Of a stretch of 64,000 nt of DNA, positions 12,573 through 25,769 are shown in pieces. The position numbers were made by a program, and so were the translations under genes. The notes below the pieces were generated by a model. It made no database searches and was not told the origin of the DNA. It saw only the letters and a list, made by a program, of their open reading frames with translations. Every line of letters starts with the position of its first letter. Position 1 is the first letter of the stretch. Source of the stretch: Eledone cirrhosa (Eukaryota); assembly GCA_964016885.1 (NCBI GenBank), contig OZ024762.1, positions 9,610,001-9,674,000 on the forward strand. Reading direction: 5' to 3'.

Positions 12573-12802
12573 CGTTGTCATCAAAACACATATATATGTG
12601 TGTATATACATATATATATGATATACATACATATGATATGATTATATATATACACACATGTATGTGTGTGTATGCATGTATGTATGTATATATATATATA
12701 CATATATACGTATATATTTATATACATTACATACACATACATACATGCACACACATACTGTATATATATATATATACATTGCATACATACATATATACAC
12801 AC

Positions 12803-12835
<33 letters not shown>

Positions 12836-12896
12836 AATAATTATCTTATGTTGTTTATTACATAACTATATATATATATATGTGTGTGTGTGTATA

Positions 12897-13006
<110 letters not shown>

Positions 13007-13334
13007 ATATATATACACACACACAGAGAATGAAGCAACATATGTATTTAACAAGCTGTTCAGTGAAAAATCAGCAATTTAATTAGCTATGGCTACATAC
13101 TCTGAATATATAATTAAACCTCAAGCATTGATTTCAACAACAACAACAACAAATCAATAATGTATATCAGTGATTTCTTCCTTACTACCACTCCTCACAC
13201 CTCTCCTCATCCAGGAATACAACAACAACAACAGCAACAGCAACATTTGAAATAGTTATGAGTAAAAATGTGTGCAGTGAATACAATGTTCTTAAACATA
13301 CATACAGGAAAATAGAAAAAAATATATATTTAAA

Positions 13335-13373
<39 letters not shown>

Positions 13374-13481
13374 AACCTTTAAAAAAAATAGTCATGATGA
13401 TGATGATGATAGTGATTGTGATGATGATGATGATGATGATGATGGTGGTGATAGTGTTGGTGATGATGGTGATGATGACAG

Positions 13482-13695
13482 TGATGTAATGTGGCCGTGT
13501 AGGTAACACGGTAAAAAGTTCCCAGTTCCACACTGTAAACGTGGTTGGTGTTAGGAAGGGCATCCAGCCGTAGAAAACCTGCCAGATAGTCCTATACGAG
13601 CGAGACACGGTCACCCGACCAGCCTTGCCTCAAGTGGGACAACTCCCGTCTAACCCATGCTGGCGTGGAAGATGGACGTTAAACGAAGATGATGA
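13482..13695 (+). mobile_element. SINE 3' part with (GAT)n tail
   Basis: GGTTGGTGTTAGGAAGGGCATCCAGCCGTAGAAAACC...GGACGTTAAACGAAGATGATG; relatives at 12252-12415(-), 30165-30425(+), 33940-34157(+), 42885-43200(-). Confidence 0.85.
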
Positions 13696-13704
13696 TAACA
13701 TGGG

Positions 13705-13755
<51 letters not shown>

Positions 13756-13829
13756 CAATCACATATACATGCATTCACATACATACATCCCTCCAACCAT
13801 CTATCCACCTGTATATACATACATACATA

Positions 13830-14440
13830 TATGGTGGCTGCCAACTCGTTTTCGAGTACGGACACTACTTTATATCCATGTAGGAGAACCCCTACCGATG
13901 CGCTGAACGACTGTGACTTTTTAGTCCAGCCAGCGACTTGAAAACTCTGGTACAAACACCACACTTGTGACAATTATTGACACAGTGCTGGGCCCATGGT
14001 ACCATGTGACGACAAATGCAGAGAGATCTCCAGATATAAAGCAATGCCTGTGCCGTGAAGCTTTTATAGTAAGCAAAGGCACTGCACAAAGCCAGTCCCA
14101 CTCTCTTAACCAAGATGATATTTACCAAAAAGAAGAACAAGTCAACATCATTGGATACCATCAGGGTTGCAGGTGTTATATCAGAGTTTTCCTTCTCCTA
14201 GAATTCTGCCTTGACAAAGGCTAAGGGGTCATCTCTCCCGGTGATTTTGGATGGCCATTGACTATTAAGAGCTCCTTTGCCCTTTGACAGGTTTTGTTTT
14301 TAGTCGTGCAGGATGTCCAAAGTCACCCTCCTCACCAAGAAACCTTGGTGGGGTTGCCAGTTTAGTCGCCAATGACCCGACCATGGGACAGGTTGTACTG
14401 GGATACATGTTACAGTAGCACCAACTGGTGACCTGACATA
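13830..14440 (-). mobile_element. RTE-like LINE relic with C-terminal C2H2-like motif
   Basis: HKCGVCTRVFKSLAGLKSHSRSAHR* ending at 13892, followed by a short 3' UTR; remainder degenerate. Confidence 0.7.
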
Positions 14441-14975
14441 CCTATATACATGCATACATATTTACATGCATGCATGCACACATACATACATGCTTGTATT
14501 TGTTCATCCATTCATTCATGCATAGACACACGTGCGTATAACTACACATACACATACATGGCTCCATCTCTACATACAATGATACACATACACACACACT
14601 TGAATTAAACATCAAAGAGCATCCTATGAACTTGAAGTGAGTAGGTTCATGTTGATATATACAAATATATAATATATATATGTATATATATTATATTTAT
14701 ATATATACATTATATTTATATATATATATATATAATATATATATATATTATATTTATATATATATACATTATATATATAAATATATAATATATATATATA
14801 TTATATTTATATATATACATTATATATATAAATGTATAACATACATATATATATATATATATGCAGAGGTTATATTTAATTTGTTGGGATTCAACTATCC
14901 AGGAAGCGCCAACCGTTAAGGTTGTCTTTTTTTTCAGGGTCTGTCAATATTTATTTATAAAACTAATCTGTATTA

Positions 14976-15041
14976 TATTTTATCTGATGAAAGCGCACCA
15001 TAATTTGCCTTGGTGGCCCTTGAAATATGTATAATAGAATA
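14976..15041 (+). ncRNA. Type I hammerhead ribozyme motif (copy A of direct pair)
   Basis: TATTTTAT-CTGATGA-AAGCGCACCA...TGGTGGCCCTT-GAAA-TATGTATA-ATAGAATA: 8-bp stem I (one G-U), extended stem II, AUA cleavage triplet. Confidence 0.75.
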
Positions 15042-15087
15042 AATATGGTTTTATAAATATAGTTTCCATTTGTTAATATATTGTATA

Positions 15088-15428
15088 TTCATTTCATTTC
15101 ATTTTACGTCTGCTTTTTCCCTGCTTGCAAGGGTGGGACGGGAACTGATTCTGGCTTGATTTCTACAGCTGGATGCCCTTCCTAACACCAACCTCATTTA
15201 CAGTGAGTGCTGGGTGCTTTTTTGCCGTGGCACCTCCACGACCACTTTGCAGTGGAATGATAGGGACCCCAGTCCCTATCATCTCATTTCTACAGCTGAG
15301 TAAACTGGAGCAATGTGAAATAAAGTGTCTTGCTCAAGGAAACAACACATCACCCGGTCTGAGAATTGAACTCACAACCTTTTGATTGCAAGGCCAATGC
15401 TCTAACCACTAAGCCATGTGCCTCCATA
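15088..15428 (-). mobile_element. Full-length young composite SINE
   Basis: Near-identical reverse complement of 235-577. Confidence 0.92.
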
Positions 15429-15555
15429 TATATATATAAAAACAATGAGTGATTTGGTTTGTTGATTATTCAACGAAGTTATATTCACTATCTTCAATGA
15501 ACTTATACCATTACGTTCACATGAAGATATGTCACTATCTTTACACCAATTATTA

Positions 15556-15616
15556 TATTTTATCTGACGAAAGCATACTAAAATATTGGTACCCTTGAAA
15601 TACGTATAATAAAATA
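15556..15616 (+). ncRNA. Type I hammerhead ribozyme motif (copy B of direct pair)
   Basis: TATTTTAT-CTGACGA-AAGCATACTAAAATATTGGTACCCTT-GAAA-TACGTATA-ATAAAATA: perfect 8-bp stem I, palindromic stem III ATACGTAT. Confidence 0.8.
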
Positions 15617-15667
15617 AATATGGTTTGATAAAGATATTTTCCATTTATCAATATTATTGATATTATA

Positions 15668-15855
15668 TGTGGATTGGCAGTATCGGTAGAGAGTCGGACG
15701 CCATGCTTTGCAGCAAAGAGTTACGGCCCTTCATGATCTGAGTTCAAATTCCGCCGAGGTTAACTTTGCCTTTCATCCTTACGGGGGTCGATAAAATAAA
15801 GTACCAGTAATACCCTGGGATAATTGCTGGCCTTGTGCCAAAAGTAGAAACAATT
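15668..15855 (+). mobile_element. OK-like SINE
   Basis: Homologous to 11953-12140. Confidence 0.9.
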
Positions 15856-15857
15856 AC

Positions 15858-15892
<35 letters not shown>

Positions 15893-15899
15893 GAGAGAG

Positions 15900-15946
<47 letters not shown>

Positions 15947-15953
15947 GAGAGAG

Positions 15954-15998
<45 letters not shown>

Positions 15999-16159
15999 TA
16001 TATGGAGGTCCATAGCCCAGTTATGAGGATGAAAATCAAAGTAGACCTCAGCTGGATTTGAACTCTAAATGTATATGACAGTGACTAACGACAATAAACA
16101 CGAGGGTGTGAGACATAATTCATTATAACTCATAACATCCTGTAATTATTTAGCAGAAA

Positions 16160-17100
16160 ATATTTTTGTAAATGGGTTTATTATTATCAGATATTTATAG
16201 CATTTTTTCAAATGGAGATATTGTTGTAAACATTTGTACTATTGTTGTAAATTCTTTACTTTTTAATGTGATGCTTGTACTTTTCAAGAATGTCCTGTTA
16301 AAGTGGTTTGTTAATTCAAATGATAATATCTTTACTAGTGGACAGATCATCATCATTATCATCACCATTTAGTGTCCATTTTTCCATGTTTGCTTGGGTT
16401 AGACAGGTCATCAACGCTGGGAAGCAAGTCTGGCCAATTTTAGCCATGTCGTACCTTGCTCTGGCAAGGACTGTAAATTTGACCGGGTATTTTACAGTCA
16501 GATGCCCTTCCTAACAACAAACATATTTACAGTTGTGAGAATTTGTAGTATTAAAATGTGATGCAGTTATAGTGATGTTTTGTATTTTTCAAGAATGTCT
16601 TGTTAACCCTTTAACATTTAAACCGGCCATATCCGGCCAGAATTCTCTTACCTTTTTCTGTTCAAACCAGCCATAACCTGCTCATACTTATGTTAAGGTA
16701 TAGTTCTCAAAATAAATAATATTAAAATCTCAGATTTGATAATATGTGAGATAAAGCCTTCACCGTGAAAATACAATAGTATATATAGAGTAATGTAAAT
16801 AGTAAAGGGTTCTTGTGGTTTGTTAATTCAAATGTTTATAATATCTTTACTGGTGGACAGATGGTTGTGAACATTTGTAACATTAAAGACTTTAATTTTC
16901 AATGTGATACAGTCATAGTGTTATTTTGTACTTTACAAGAATGCCTTGCTAATGTGGTTTTATGTGGTTTAATTCAACTATTTATAGAATATTTACTAGT
17001 GGACAGATGGTTGTGAAAATGTGCAGTATTAGAGTTAATGGCTGTGATTTTAATGTGATACAGTCTTAGTCCATTTTGTACTTTCAGGAATATCTTTTCA
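16160..17100. repeat. Old degenerate tandem repeat interrupted by a SINE piece and a MITE
   Basis: Recurring GTGGTTTGTTAATTCAAATG...ATATCTTTACTRGTGGACAGAT...TTTTAATGTGAT...CAAGAATG. Confidence 0.7.
16607..16809. mobile_element. piggyBac-type MITE
   Basis: TTAA|CCCTTTAACATTTA ... TAAATAGTAAAGGG|TT (12/14 TIR match); removing it roughly restores the flanking repeat unit. Confidence 0.65.
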
Positions 17101-18024
17101 TGTGGGACAGGACTTTAAGAGTTAATCAACTGTGCCCCTCCTTTAGATTTAAAACCACACTGTTGTTATGTTAGAAACCAATACTGTATAGCATACACTG
17201 GTATAATAGATGATTAGTGACAGGGTTGGATTTAGACCCTCACTTCAGGTTTGGGGGAGGGGGGCATCATTCACAAAAAATTAGAATATACAGCAAACCC
17301 CCCTCAAATTTTACATATCAAAGTTAACTTAGTGTAAGTAATTGGAATTGAAAAGCTATACATACAGGTAATAAATTAAAAAATTCTAACCCACCTAAAA
17401 CTAAAAAACCCAGCTGAGGGCACAAATAAATTGCTCTCCACACCAATGAGCCTGGAACAATTTCTCTCTTTGCTGATACTGTCTGTCAGTTACAGCTCCT
17501 GGCAGAAGAATGGAGCTGATGGTCAAATAAAACCAAGGGAACAATGTTTCCATTAGTCTTTCCATTGCTGATACTGTCTGTCAGTCACAACTCCTGGTAG
17601 AAGAAATGAGCTACTGGTGAGATCAAACCAAAGAAACAATGTTTCCATTGGTCTTTCCATTGCTGATACTGTCTGCCAAAATGAGTCGTACCTGTAATTG
17701 AAAGGGGCCAGTCTTGCCATGCTGAATCTCCTCGAGAAGATACAGTAAGGGTACACATGTCTGTGGAATGCTCAGCCACTTGCACATTAATTTTGTGAGC
17801 AGGCTGTGCAATTGATCAGAGAGAAGGAACTCTCATCGTCTGGTGCAACATGAAATACAGTGTCTTGCTCAAAGGCATAACATGGTGCCTGGAATCAAAC
17901 TCATGACCTTATGATTGATTGACGGCACATGGTTAGTGGTTAGTGAATAAGATTTGCAATCATATGGTTGCAAGTTCAATTCCCGGATCAGGTGATGCAT
18001 TTTGCCCTTAAGCAAGACGCTTTA

Positions 18025-18585
18025 TATGGAAGAATTGCAGAAGCTGGTGCAATAATGCACCAGCTTCAGCATTCAGTAATCAGAAGAGGGGAGGTAGGAG
18101 TAAAAGCGAAACTCGCTATCTTCAATTTGGTATCATGCCAACCCTTACCTATGGTCATGAATAACTGAAAGAATACAATCACAAATACAAGCGGCTGAAA
18201 TGAAGTTCCTCCGAAGAGTCTTTGGAATAATGTTACTCAATAAAGTGCGTAGCTCAAAGATCAGAGAGTCACTCCAGGTAGAGCTGCTACTTCTCCGAAT
18301 TGAGAGATTACAGTTCCGATACTATGGACATGTGGTTAGAATGTCTCAGGAAAGAATCGCTGGATAGATTTGTAGCTCGGAGATCAGAGAGTTACTCCAG
18401 GTAGAGCCGTTATTTCTCCGAATTGAGAGATTACAGTTCCGATACTATGGACATGTGGTTAGAATGTCTCAGGAAAGAATCGCTGGACAGATTTGTAGCT
18501 CGGAGATCAGAGAGTTACTCCAGGTAGAGCCGTTATTTCTCCGAATTGAGAGATCACAGCTCCAATACTATGGACATGTGGTTAG
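18025..18585 (+). mobile_element. RTE-clade LINE fragment with internal ~120-bp tandem triplication
   Basis: IQAAEMKFLRRVFGIMLLNKVRSSKIRESLQVE..RIER.Q..YYGHVVRMSQERI; last block repeated three times. Confidence 0.85.
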
Positions 18586-19149
18586 TAGAAGACTCATTTT
18601 GGCCAACTGGGTTAATTGGAACAACAAAATACAATGTTCCTTGCTCAAGGACAAAATGTGTTGCTGAGAATCGAATTGATGTCCTTATAATTGTGAGTGA
18701 AACACCTTAACTACTAAGCTATGTGACTTCACTAAACAATCTTTATACAAATGCAATCTTGTGACCAATTCTAAGCAGTGGCTTTTTAGCTCTTTTGTAG
18801 AAATAGTAAAAGAACTATGTACCATACTGTAATACATAACCCCTCACCACAGCACCTCCACAGCACCTCCTCCAACACCACCTTCATCACATCACCACCC
18901 CCAACACCAACTTTATATAAAAAAGAGTCTTGTGACAGAGTTGCTGAGCAAAATAAACAAAAGGTGTCAGAAGAAATATAGAGAGGGGGTGGGGAGAGTG
19001 CTGATGGATGGGTGGGTGGGGGAGGCTGATAGGTGAGGTGTGTGGGATGGGGTCCCTTTATCACATCATAAGTGCGGTGGGGTTTCTCTTTCACATCGTA
19101 GGTGGGATGGATGACATCAAATGAAACTGCAGTAGGCAAAAGGGATCCA

Positions 19150-19512
19150 GTGATAGGGTCCCTAGTCATAGGTCCCCAGGGTCACTAGGGTCACTAGGAT
19201 CCCCAGGGTCACTAGGGGCCCCAGGGTCGCCAGGGTCCCCAGTCATAGGTCTCCAAGATCCCCAGTCATAGGTCCCCAGGGTCTCCAGTCATAGGTCTGC
19301 AGGGTCCCCAGTCATAGGTCCCCAGGGTCACCAGGGTCCCCAGGTCCCCAGTCATAGGTCTACAGGGTCGCCAGGGTCCCCAGGATCCCCAGTCATAGGT
19401 CCCCAGGGTCCCCAATCATAGGTCCCCAGGGTCACCAAGGTCACTAGGATCCCCAGTCATAGGTCCCCAGGGTCCCCAGGCATAGGTTTCCAGGGTCTCC
19501 AGGGTCCCCAGT
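19150..19512. repeat. GC-rich minisatellite built from 9-10-bp modules (GGTCCCCAG / TCATAGG)
   Basis: Direct reading. Confidence 0.9.
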
Positions 19513-20024
19513 CCTCTTTTGATCTTGCCAGGATTCAAACACCAAATATGTAGAGATAAGAAATGAAAATGAAATAAACATTGTTATTGTTATTGTTGTT
19601 GTTATTGTTATTGTTGTTGTTGTTGTTTTGCTATTGTTATTGTTGCTGTTGTGGTTCTCATTGCTGTTGTTATTATTCCTGCTGTTGTTGTTGTTGTTAT
19701 TATTATTGTTGTGGTTGTTTTATTTTTGTAATTGTTGTTGTTATTGTTGTCGTTATGACAACGACAATGATAATGAGGATCATTATCATCCTCATTTCTT
19801 TTATTGCCCTCAAGGACCCAAAATATTGGGGACTGCTTTTTCCCCCTCAAGCTCAGAGGCTCATCAGGCCAATACTCATCTCAGTTTCCTGAGTGTTAAG
19901 CAACTGGGAGTACAAGACACCAGTCCATCGCAAGTTAACCCTCAGATACTACAGGTACTTATTTCAAGTCTACATGAGCACACAGTAGAAAGAGGGGGGG
20001 AATCTAAGTAAGCCTGATGCAGGA

Positions 20025-20570
20025 CCTGACCCATCTGAGAGATCAGTAGCTCAGCTTGATGCAAGCCCCTGATCCATCTAAGAGTTCAGTAGCTCAGATT
20101 GAGGGCCCCTGACCGATCTGGGAGGTCAGAAGCTCAACTTGAGGGCCCGTGACCCATCTGAGAGGTCAATGGCTCAAATTGAGGGTCCCCTGACTGATCT
20201 GAGAGGTCAGTAGCTCAGCTTGAGGCTCCTTGACCCATCTGAGAGGTCAGTAGCTCAGGTTGAGGGTCCTGACCGATCTGAGAGGCCAGTAGCTCAACTT
20301 GAGGGCCCCTTGACCAATCTGAGAGGCCAGTAGCTCAACTTGAGGGCCCCTTGACCAATCTGAGAGGCCAGTAGCTCAGCTTGAGGGTCCTGACTGATCT
20401 GAGATGTCAGTAGCTCAGGTTAAGGGCCCCCTGACCAATCTAGGAGGCCAGTAGCTCAGGTTGAGGGCTCCCTGACCAATCTGAGAGGCCAGTAGCTAAG
20501 GTTGAGGGCTCCCCGACCCATCTGAGAGGCCAGTAGCTCAACTTGAGGGCCCCCTGACCGATCTTGAGAA
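20025..20570. repeat. ~40-bp minisatellite, ~14 copies
   Basis: CTGACCRATCTGAGAGGYCAGTAGCTCAACTTGAGGGCCC consensus. Confidence 0.95.
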
Positions 20571-20649
20571 CTGATTCCATCAGTGACTGCAAGTCCAACC
20601 CTTGCCAACAGAATAAACATAACAGACATTATATGGTGACGATATGACA

Positions 20650-21216
20650 ATTCTTTCTACTTTTGGCACAAAGCCAGCAATTTGAAAGGAAGGGGAAAAT
20701 CAATTACAAAGGGGATGTAACTAAATGCTGCAAAAGCATCTTAGTCCGATGTTCAAACGATTCTGCTAATCTGCATCCCCTTAATGATAATAATGGTTTC
20801 TGATTTAGGCACAAGGCCAGCAATTTTAAGGGGAGGGGAAAGTTGATTAAATCGACCGCAGTACATTACTGGTACTTTATTTTATCGACCCCGTAAGGAT
20901 GAAAGGCAAAGTTAACCCCGGCGGGAGTTGAACTCAGAATGTAAAGGGCCATAACTCTATGCTGCAAAGCATGGTGTCCAACCCTCCACTGATACTGCCA
21001 AACCACAATAATTCATAATGATGATTTCTACTTTAGGGAAAGTCAATTAAAGTCAATTCAATAAACCCCAGTAAATTACTGGTACTTTATCAACCCCGGA
21101 AGGATGAAATACAAATCTAACATCGGCGGGCTTTGAACTCAGAATGGCAAGGACCATAACTCTATCCCGCGAAGCATGGTGTCCGACACTCTACCGATTC
21201 TGCCAATCTACCACCC

Positions 21217-21251
<35 letters not shown>

Positions 21252-21450
21252 GTTTCTTATTTAGGCACAAGGCCAGCAAAATTTTTTTTTGGGGGAGGGG
21301 GGGTAGTCGATTAAGTCGACACCAGTAAATTACTGGTACTTCATTTTATCGACCCCGCAAGGATGAAAGGCAAAGCTAGCCTCGGTGGGATTTGAACTCA
21401 GATCGTAAAGGACAGTAACTCTATGCCACGATACAGCCAATCCACCACCC

Positions 21451-21483
<33 letters not shown>

Positions 21484-21740
21484 TTGTTTCTATTTTTGGC
21501 ACAAGGCCAGCAATTATCCCAGTGTATTACTGGTACTTTATTTTAATAATTGTTTCTACGTTTGGCACAAGGCCAGCAATTATCCCAGTGTATTACTGGT
21601 ACTTTATTTTAATAATAATGGTTTCTTATATAGGCACAAGGCCAGCAATTTTTTTTTTGGGGGGGGGGGGGAGTCGATTAAATCGACCCCAGCGTATTAC
21701 TGGTACTTCATTTTATCGACCCCGTAAAGATAAAAGGTAA
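20650..21740 (-). mobile_element. Head-to-tail cluster of ~6 OK-like SINE copies/fragments
   Basis: Repeated GGCACAAGGCCAGCAA...TTACTGGTACTT...GATTTGAACTCAG, all in the same orientation. Confidence 0.9.
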
Positions 21741-21765
21741 AATAATAATAATATAAAATACTTAC

Positions 21766-21818
21766 TTGGTGTGTATATTCCGTAACTTGAAGGCGGCTGA
21801 ACGCACAAGATTAGCCAT
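21766..21818 (-). CDS. First coding exon of an unidentified gene; mitochondrial-presequence-like N-terminus MANLVRSAAFKLRNIHT(K/N)
   Basis: ACACATGGCT start context, 53-nt open frame, consensus donor AA|GTAAGT at 21765-21760, CpG-retaining unique sequence, upstream GC box; Arg/Lys/Ser/Ala-rich, no acidic residues. Confidence 0.7.
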
Positions 21819-21882
21819 GTGTAACGGTACTCCAATGAAACAGATTAGGTTAATTAAGCGTCAGATCCTGCATTATGTTATG

Positions 21883-21909
21883 TCCCGCCCCACCTTAAAC
21901 GTTTAAGGT
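21883..21909. promoter_or_regulatory. Candidate promoter: GC box plus perfect 18-bp palindrome
   Basis: CCCGCCCC (Sp/KLF-type) at 21884-21891; ACCTTAAACGTTTAAGGT at 21892-21909, ~70 bp upstream of the minus-strand ATG. Confidence 0.55.
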
Positions 21910-22034
21910 CATATATCATATCATATCATATCATCATCTTTAAAACAATTGTTGCACAATTCACAGCTGGTCAATTACTGGAAATTAATTAATGTCTCTC
22001 TCTCTCTCTTGCAAAAATGGTATGACTAACGAGA

Positions 22035-22066
<32 letters not shown>

Positions 22067-22150
22067 TGTGTTGTTCACTTTCTATTTAAATAGCTCTGTT
22101 CTATACATAGAGCACTCTTTTTTCTTTTGCTTTTTCTTCGGAATTACCTA

Positions 22151-22226
<76 letters not shown>

Positions 22227-22487
22227 GTGTGTATATATATAAATGTATGTATGTGTATATATGGACTGGGTGGGAGTGTATATGTGTGTATATAGATGTG
22301 AAACAATGTTACGAATAACTTATAAATATGTATGTATATATTATACGCACATATGTATAGTTTGTTTGAACTGGGTGGGTGTATATCTAGATATATATAT
22401 GTGTGTATATATGTGTGTTAGGATGTCAAGAATAACTTATAAATGTGAGTGTACATATTATAAATACATATGTATATTTTGTGTGGG

Positions 22488-22523
<36 letters not shown>

Positions 22524-22554
22524 CTGGGTGGATGTGTGTATATATATATATATA

Positions 22555-22589
<35 letters not shown>

Positions 22590-22683
22590 GTGTAGAAATG
22601 TGTTATGATGTTAGGAAAAACTTATCTGTATGAACATATGTATATTTTGTGTGAGTATATATATATATGTATATAAATATATG

Positions 22684-22714
<31 letters not shown>

Positions 22715-22876
22715 GTGTATAAATGTGTTAAAATGTTATGAATAACTGTATGAACATATTATATACACATATGTATAGCATGAGTTGCTATATATATATG
22801 AACTGGCAGTATGCATATATCATAAGCACACATATATTTTGTGTAGATGCAACATATGTTCAGGCATAATTACATA

Positions 22877-22920
22877 TACACTGATGATTTCTTACGAATG
22901 AAACAGTTTAAGTCCTGTAG
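22877..22920 (+). ncRNA. Degenerate type I hammerhead motif
   Basis: TACA-CTGATGA-TTTCTTACGAAT-GAAAC-AGTTTAA-GTC-CTGTA; GUC triplet; stem I needs a 1-nt bulge. Confidence 0.45.
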
Positions 22921-23319
22921 GAGTCGTTTCCATAATAAAATGAATATACCTATACTCTACTAATATATTGAGTACATTTTTTTTAACACTGATTGCTTCC
23001 TAATTTACATTGGACTCTTCATATTGATGAGATGAGATGTGTGTGTGTGTGTGTGTGTGCTTGTTTATCTCTCTGTGTGTATGTATTTGTACGTATGTGA
23101 GTGTGGTATGTATGTTTCTTTGTGTGTGTATGTGTGTCTTTGTGTGTATGTGTCTTTGTGTGTGTGTTTGTGTGTGTATTGGTACGTATGTGAGTGTGGT
23201 ATGTATGTATGTATGTTTGTTTGTTCATGTGTGTGAGTGTGCGTATCAATTCTTGCTAGCACGAGAAAACAGACAGATGATGGTGATGATGATGGTACAA
23301 TATAATATATATATATATT

Positions 23320-23389
<70 letters not shown>

Positions 23390-23457
23390 AAAAGAGTCAG
23401 GACCCCGACAGCTGAGCTCTGGCCTTTATATACAAATATATATATGTATATATAATG

Positions 23458-23767
23458 TGAAGGCGTGTGGCTGAGTGTTTAGAGAATTAGATTTGCAATC
23501 GTGAGGTTGCAAGTTCGATTCCCAGACCGGGGCGATGCGTTATGTCCTTGAGCAAGACACTTTATTTCATGTTGCTCCTTCTGTCTGGATTTGCGACTGG
23601 TAGATAGTATTAGCAATTGGAAAGACCAATGGAAACATTGTTTCCTCGGTCCAATTTGACGAGCTCCACTCCACTCGTTAACAAATGAGGTCTGGGATCT
23701 TGTTGATAGACTTATATATATCGTCCCACCCTTGCAAGCAGGGAAAAGCGGACGTAAAATGATGATG

Positions 23768-23768
<1 letters not shown>
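23458..23768 (+). mobile_element. tRNA/CORE-type SINE plus a separate tail fragment
   Basis: GGCGTGTGGCTGAGTG..., AAGTTCGATTCCC B-box, CCTTGAGCAAGACACTT. Confidence 0.85.
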
Positions 23769-23833
<65 letters not shown>

Positions 23834-24330
23834 AAGAAAGCTGTGTGGTTTTAAGTAGTCTTCCTTCAGTGGTGAGAGTCAGGTGAATATAGTCATATGG
23901 AGGTGTATGTAGAGTTATACTTTTGGTTGGGTTTGTGGCTAGCCTGGCTTGGCCTGGCTTGGCATGGCTTGGTATGGCTTTCAGCTAGATGTAGTTATGG
24001 CATTTGACTGTCTTAGTTAGAAACACACACACACACAGACACACATATGTAGAGAGAGGGGGATAGAGAGAGAGAGATGGTGAGAGAAAGAGAGAGAGAG
24101 AGGGGGAGTGGGAAAGAGAGGGAAGGAGAAAGAGACTGAGAGAGTAAAGGATATGTATTTGTTTTACATGTATAATGGTAAACAGCAATGCATCATTGTA
24201 TATGTATATGTGTATATATATATATATATATTATTGGCAACATGACCCTCCCAAAGTATAACAATATATATATATACATATACATATATACATATATATA
24301 TATATGTATGTATATATATATATATATATG

Positions 24331-24387
<57 letters not shown>

Positions 24388-24390
24388 ATG

Positions 24391-24427
<37 letters not shown>

Positions 24428-24450
24428 GTATATATATATATATATGTGTG

Positions 24451-24493
<43 letters not shown>

Positions 24494-24494
24494 G

Positions 24495-24527
<33 letters not shown>

Positions 24528-24546
24528 ATATATATATATATGTGTG

Positions 24547-24593
<47 letters not shown>

Positions 24594-24987
24594 ATGTATG
24601 TATATATATATATATGTGTGTGCGCTTGTGTGTCTGGGGAGAAAGAGAGAGTATTTGATATATATTTGTTTTACATGTAAGGTGACAAACAGTTATGTAT
24701 TATATATATATATTTACACACACACACATATATATATATATATTTACACACACATATATATATATTTATATATATTTACATATCTATATTTATATTAAAT
24801 ATGTGTGTGTATGTGCAAATAAAGACATACATATGTCTATAAGAATGTGTAGGTATGTAACATTTAGTTAGAATATGTAACACTTACATGTGTGTGTGTA
24901 AGTGTGTGTATTATGTGTGGTGGTGGGGAAGGAGTGACGTTGATTTACAATGACAGCATCAAATCTAAATACAAAAGTAGACATAAT

Positions 24988-25029
<42 letters not shown>

Positions 25030-25075
25030 GATGTTCTATGTGGTTTTAAACTTTGCCAAAGAACTTAAGTGTGTA

Positions 25076-25155
<80 letters not shown>

Positions 25156-25237
25156 TGTATATATATGCGTGTGTGTATATATATGTGTGTATATATATGT
25201 GTGTGTGTGTATATATGTGTGTGTATATATATATATA

Positions 25238-25284
<47 letters not shown>

Positions 25285-25301
25285 ATATATATATATGTGT
25301 G

Positions 25302-25356
<55 letters not shown>

Positions 25357-25688
25357 AGTAAAATATATTTAGATAGGAAGACAAACTTTCCAGTGTCAGT
25401 GAATGTGTGTGTGTGTGTGTGTTATATTTCAAAGGAGCTTCCCGGGTGTTTTAATGACAGGTACCCTGGTCCTATCATGTTGTTTTTGTTACAGCTGGTA
25501 GGTTTAACTGGTCCCCGTGCATCTCATCGGAAGTTTCTCAAGTGTTTTAAAAGATAGGGGCTGCTGTCCTATATATATATAATATATATATTTGATGGAC
25601 TCTCCCATCGATTTGACGTATGAGGGTTCAACTGTCTTTTTTAGTTCATTGTTTTATATTTATACCTCAAAAGGCATATATATATGTG

Positions 25689-25769
<81 letters not shown>

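Noticed and set aside
18912-18943. Exon 2 of the 21818 gene (strong CTGAC branch and acceptor on the minus strand)
   Set aside because: In the required phase 2 the frame hits TAA; donor GTTGGT is only moderate
19150-19512. Collagen-like GGT-CCC-CAG repeats
   Set aside because: Frequent in-frame TAG and frame-shifting modules; a minisatellite
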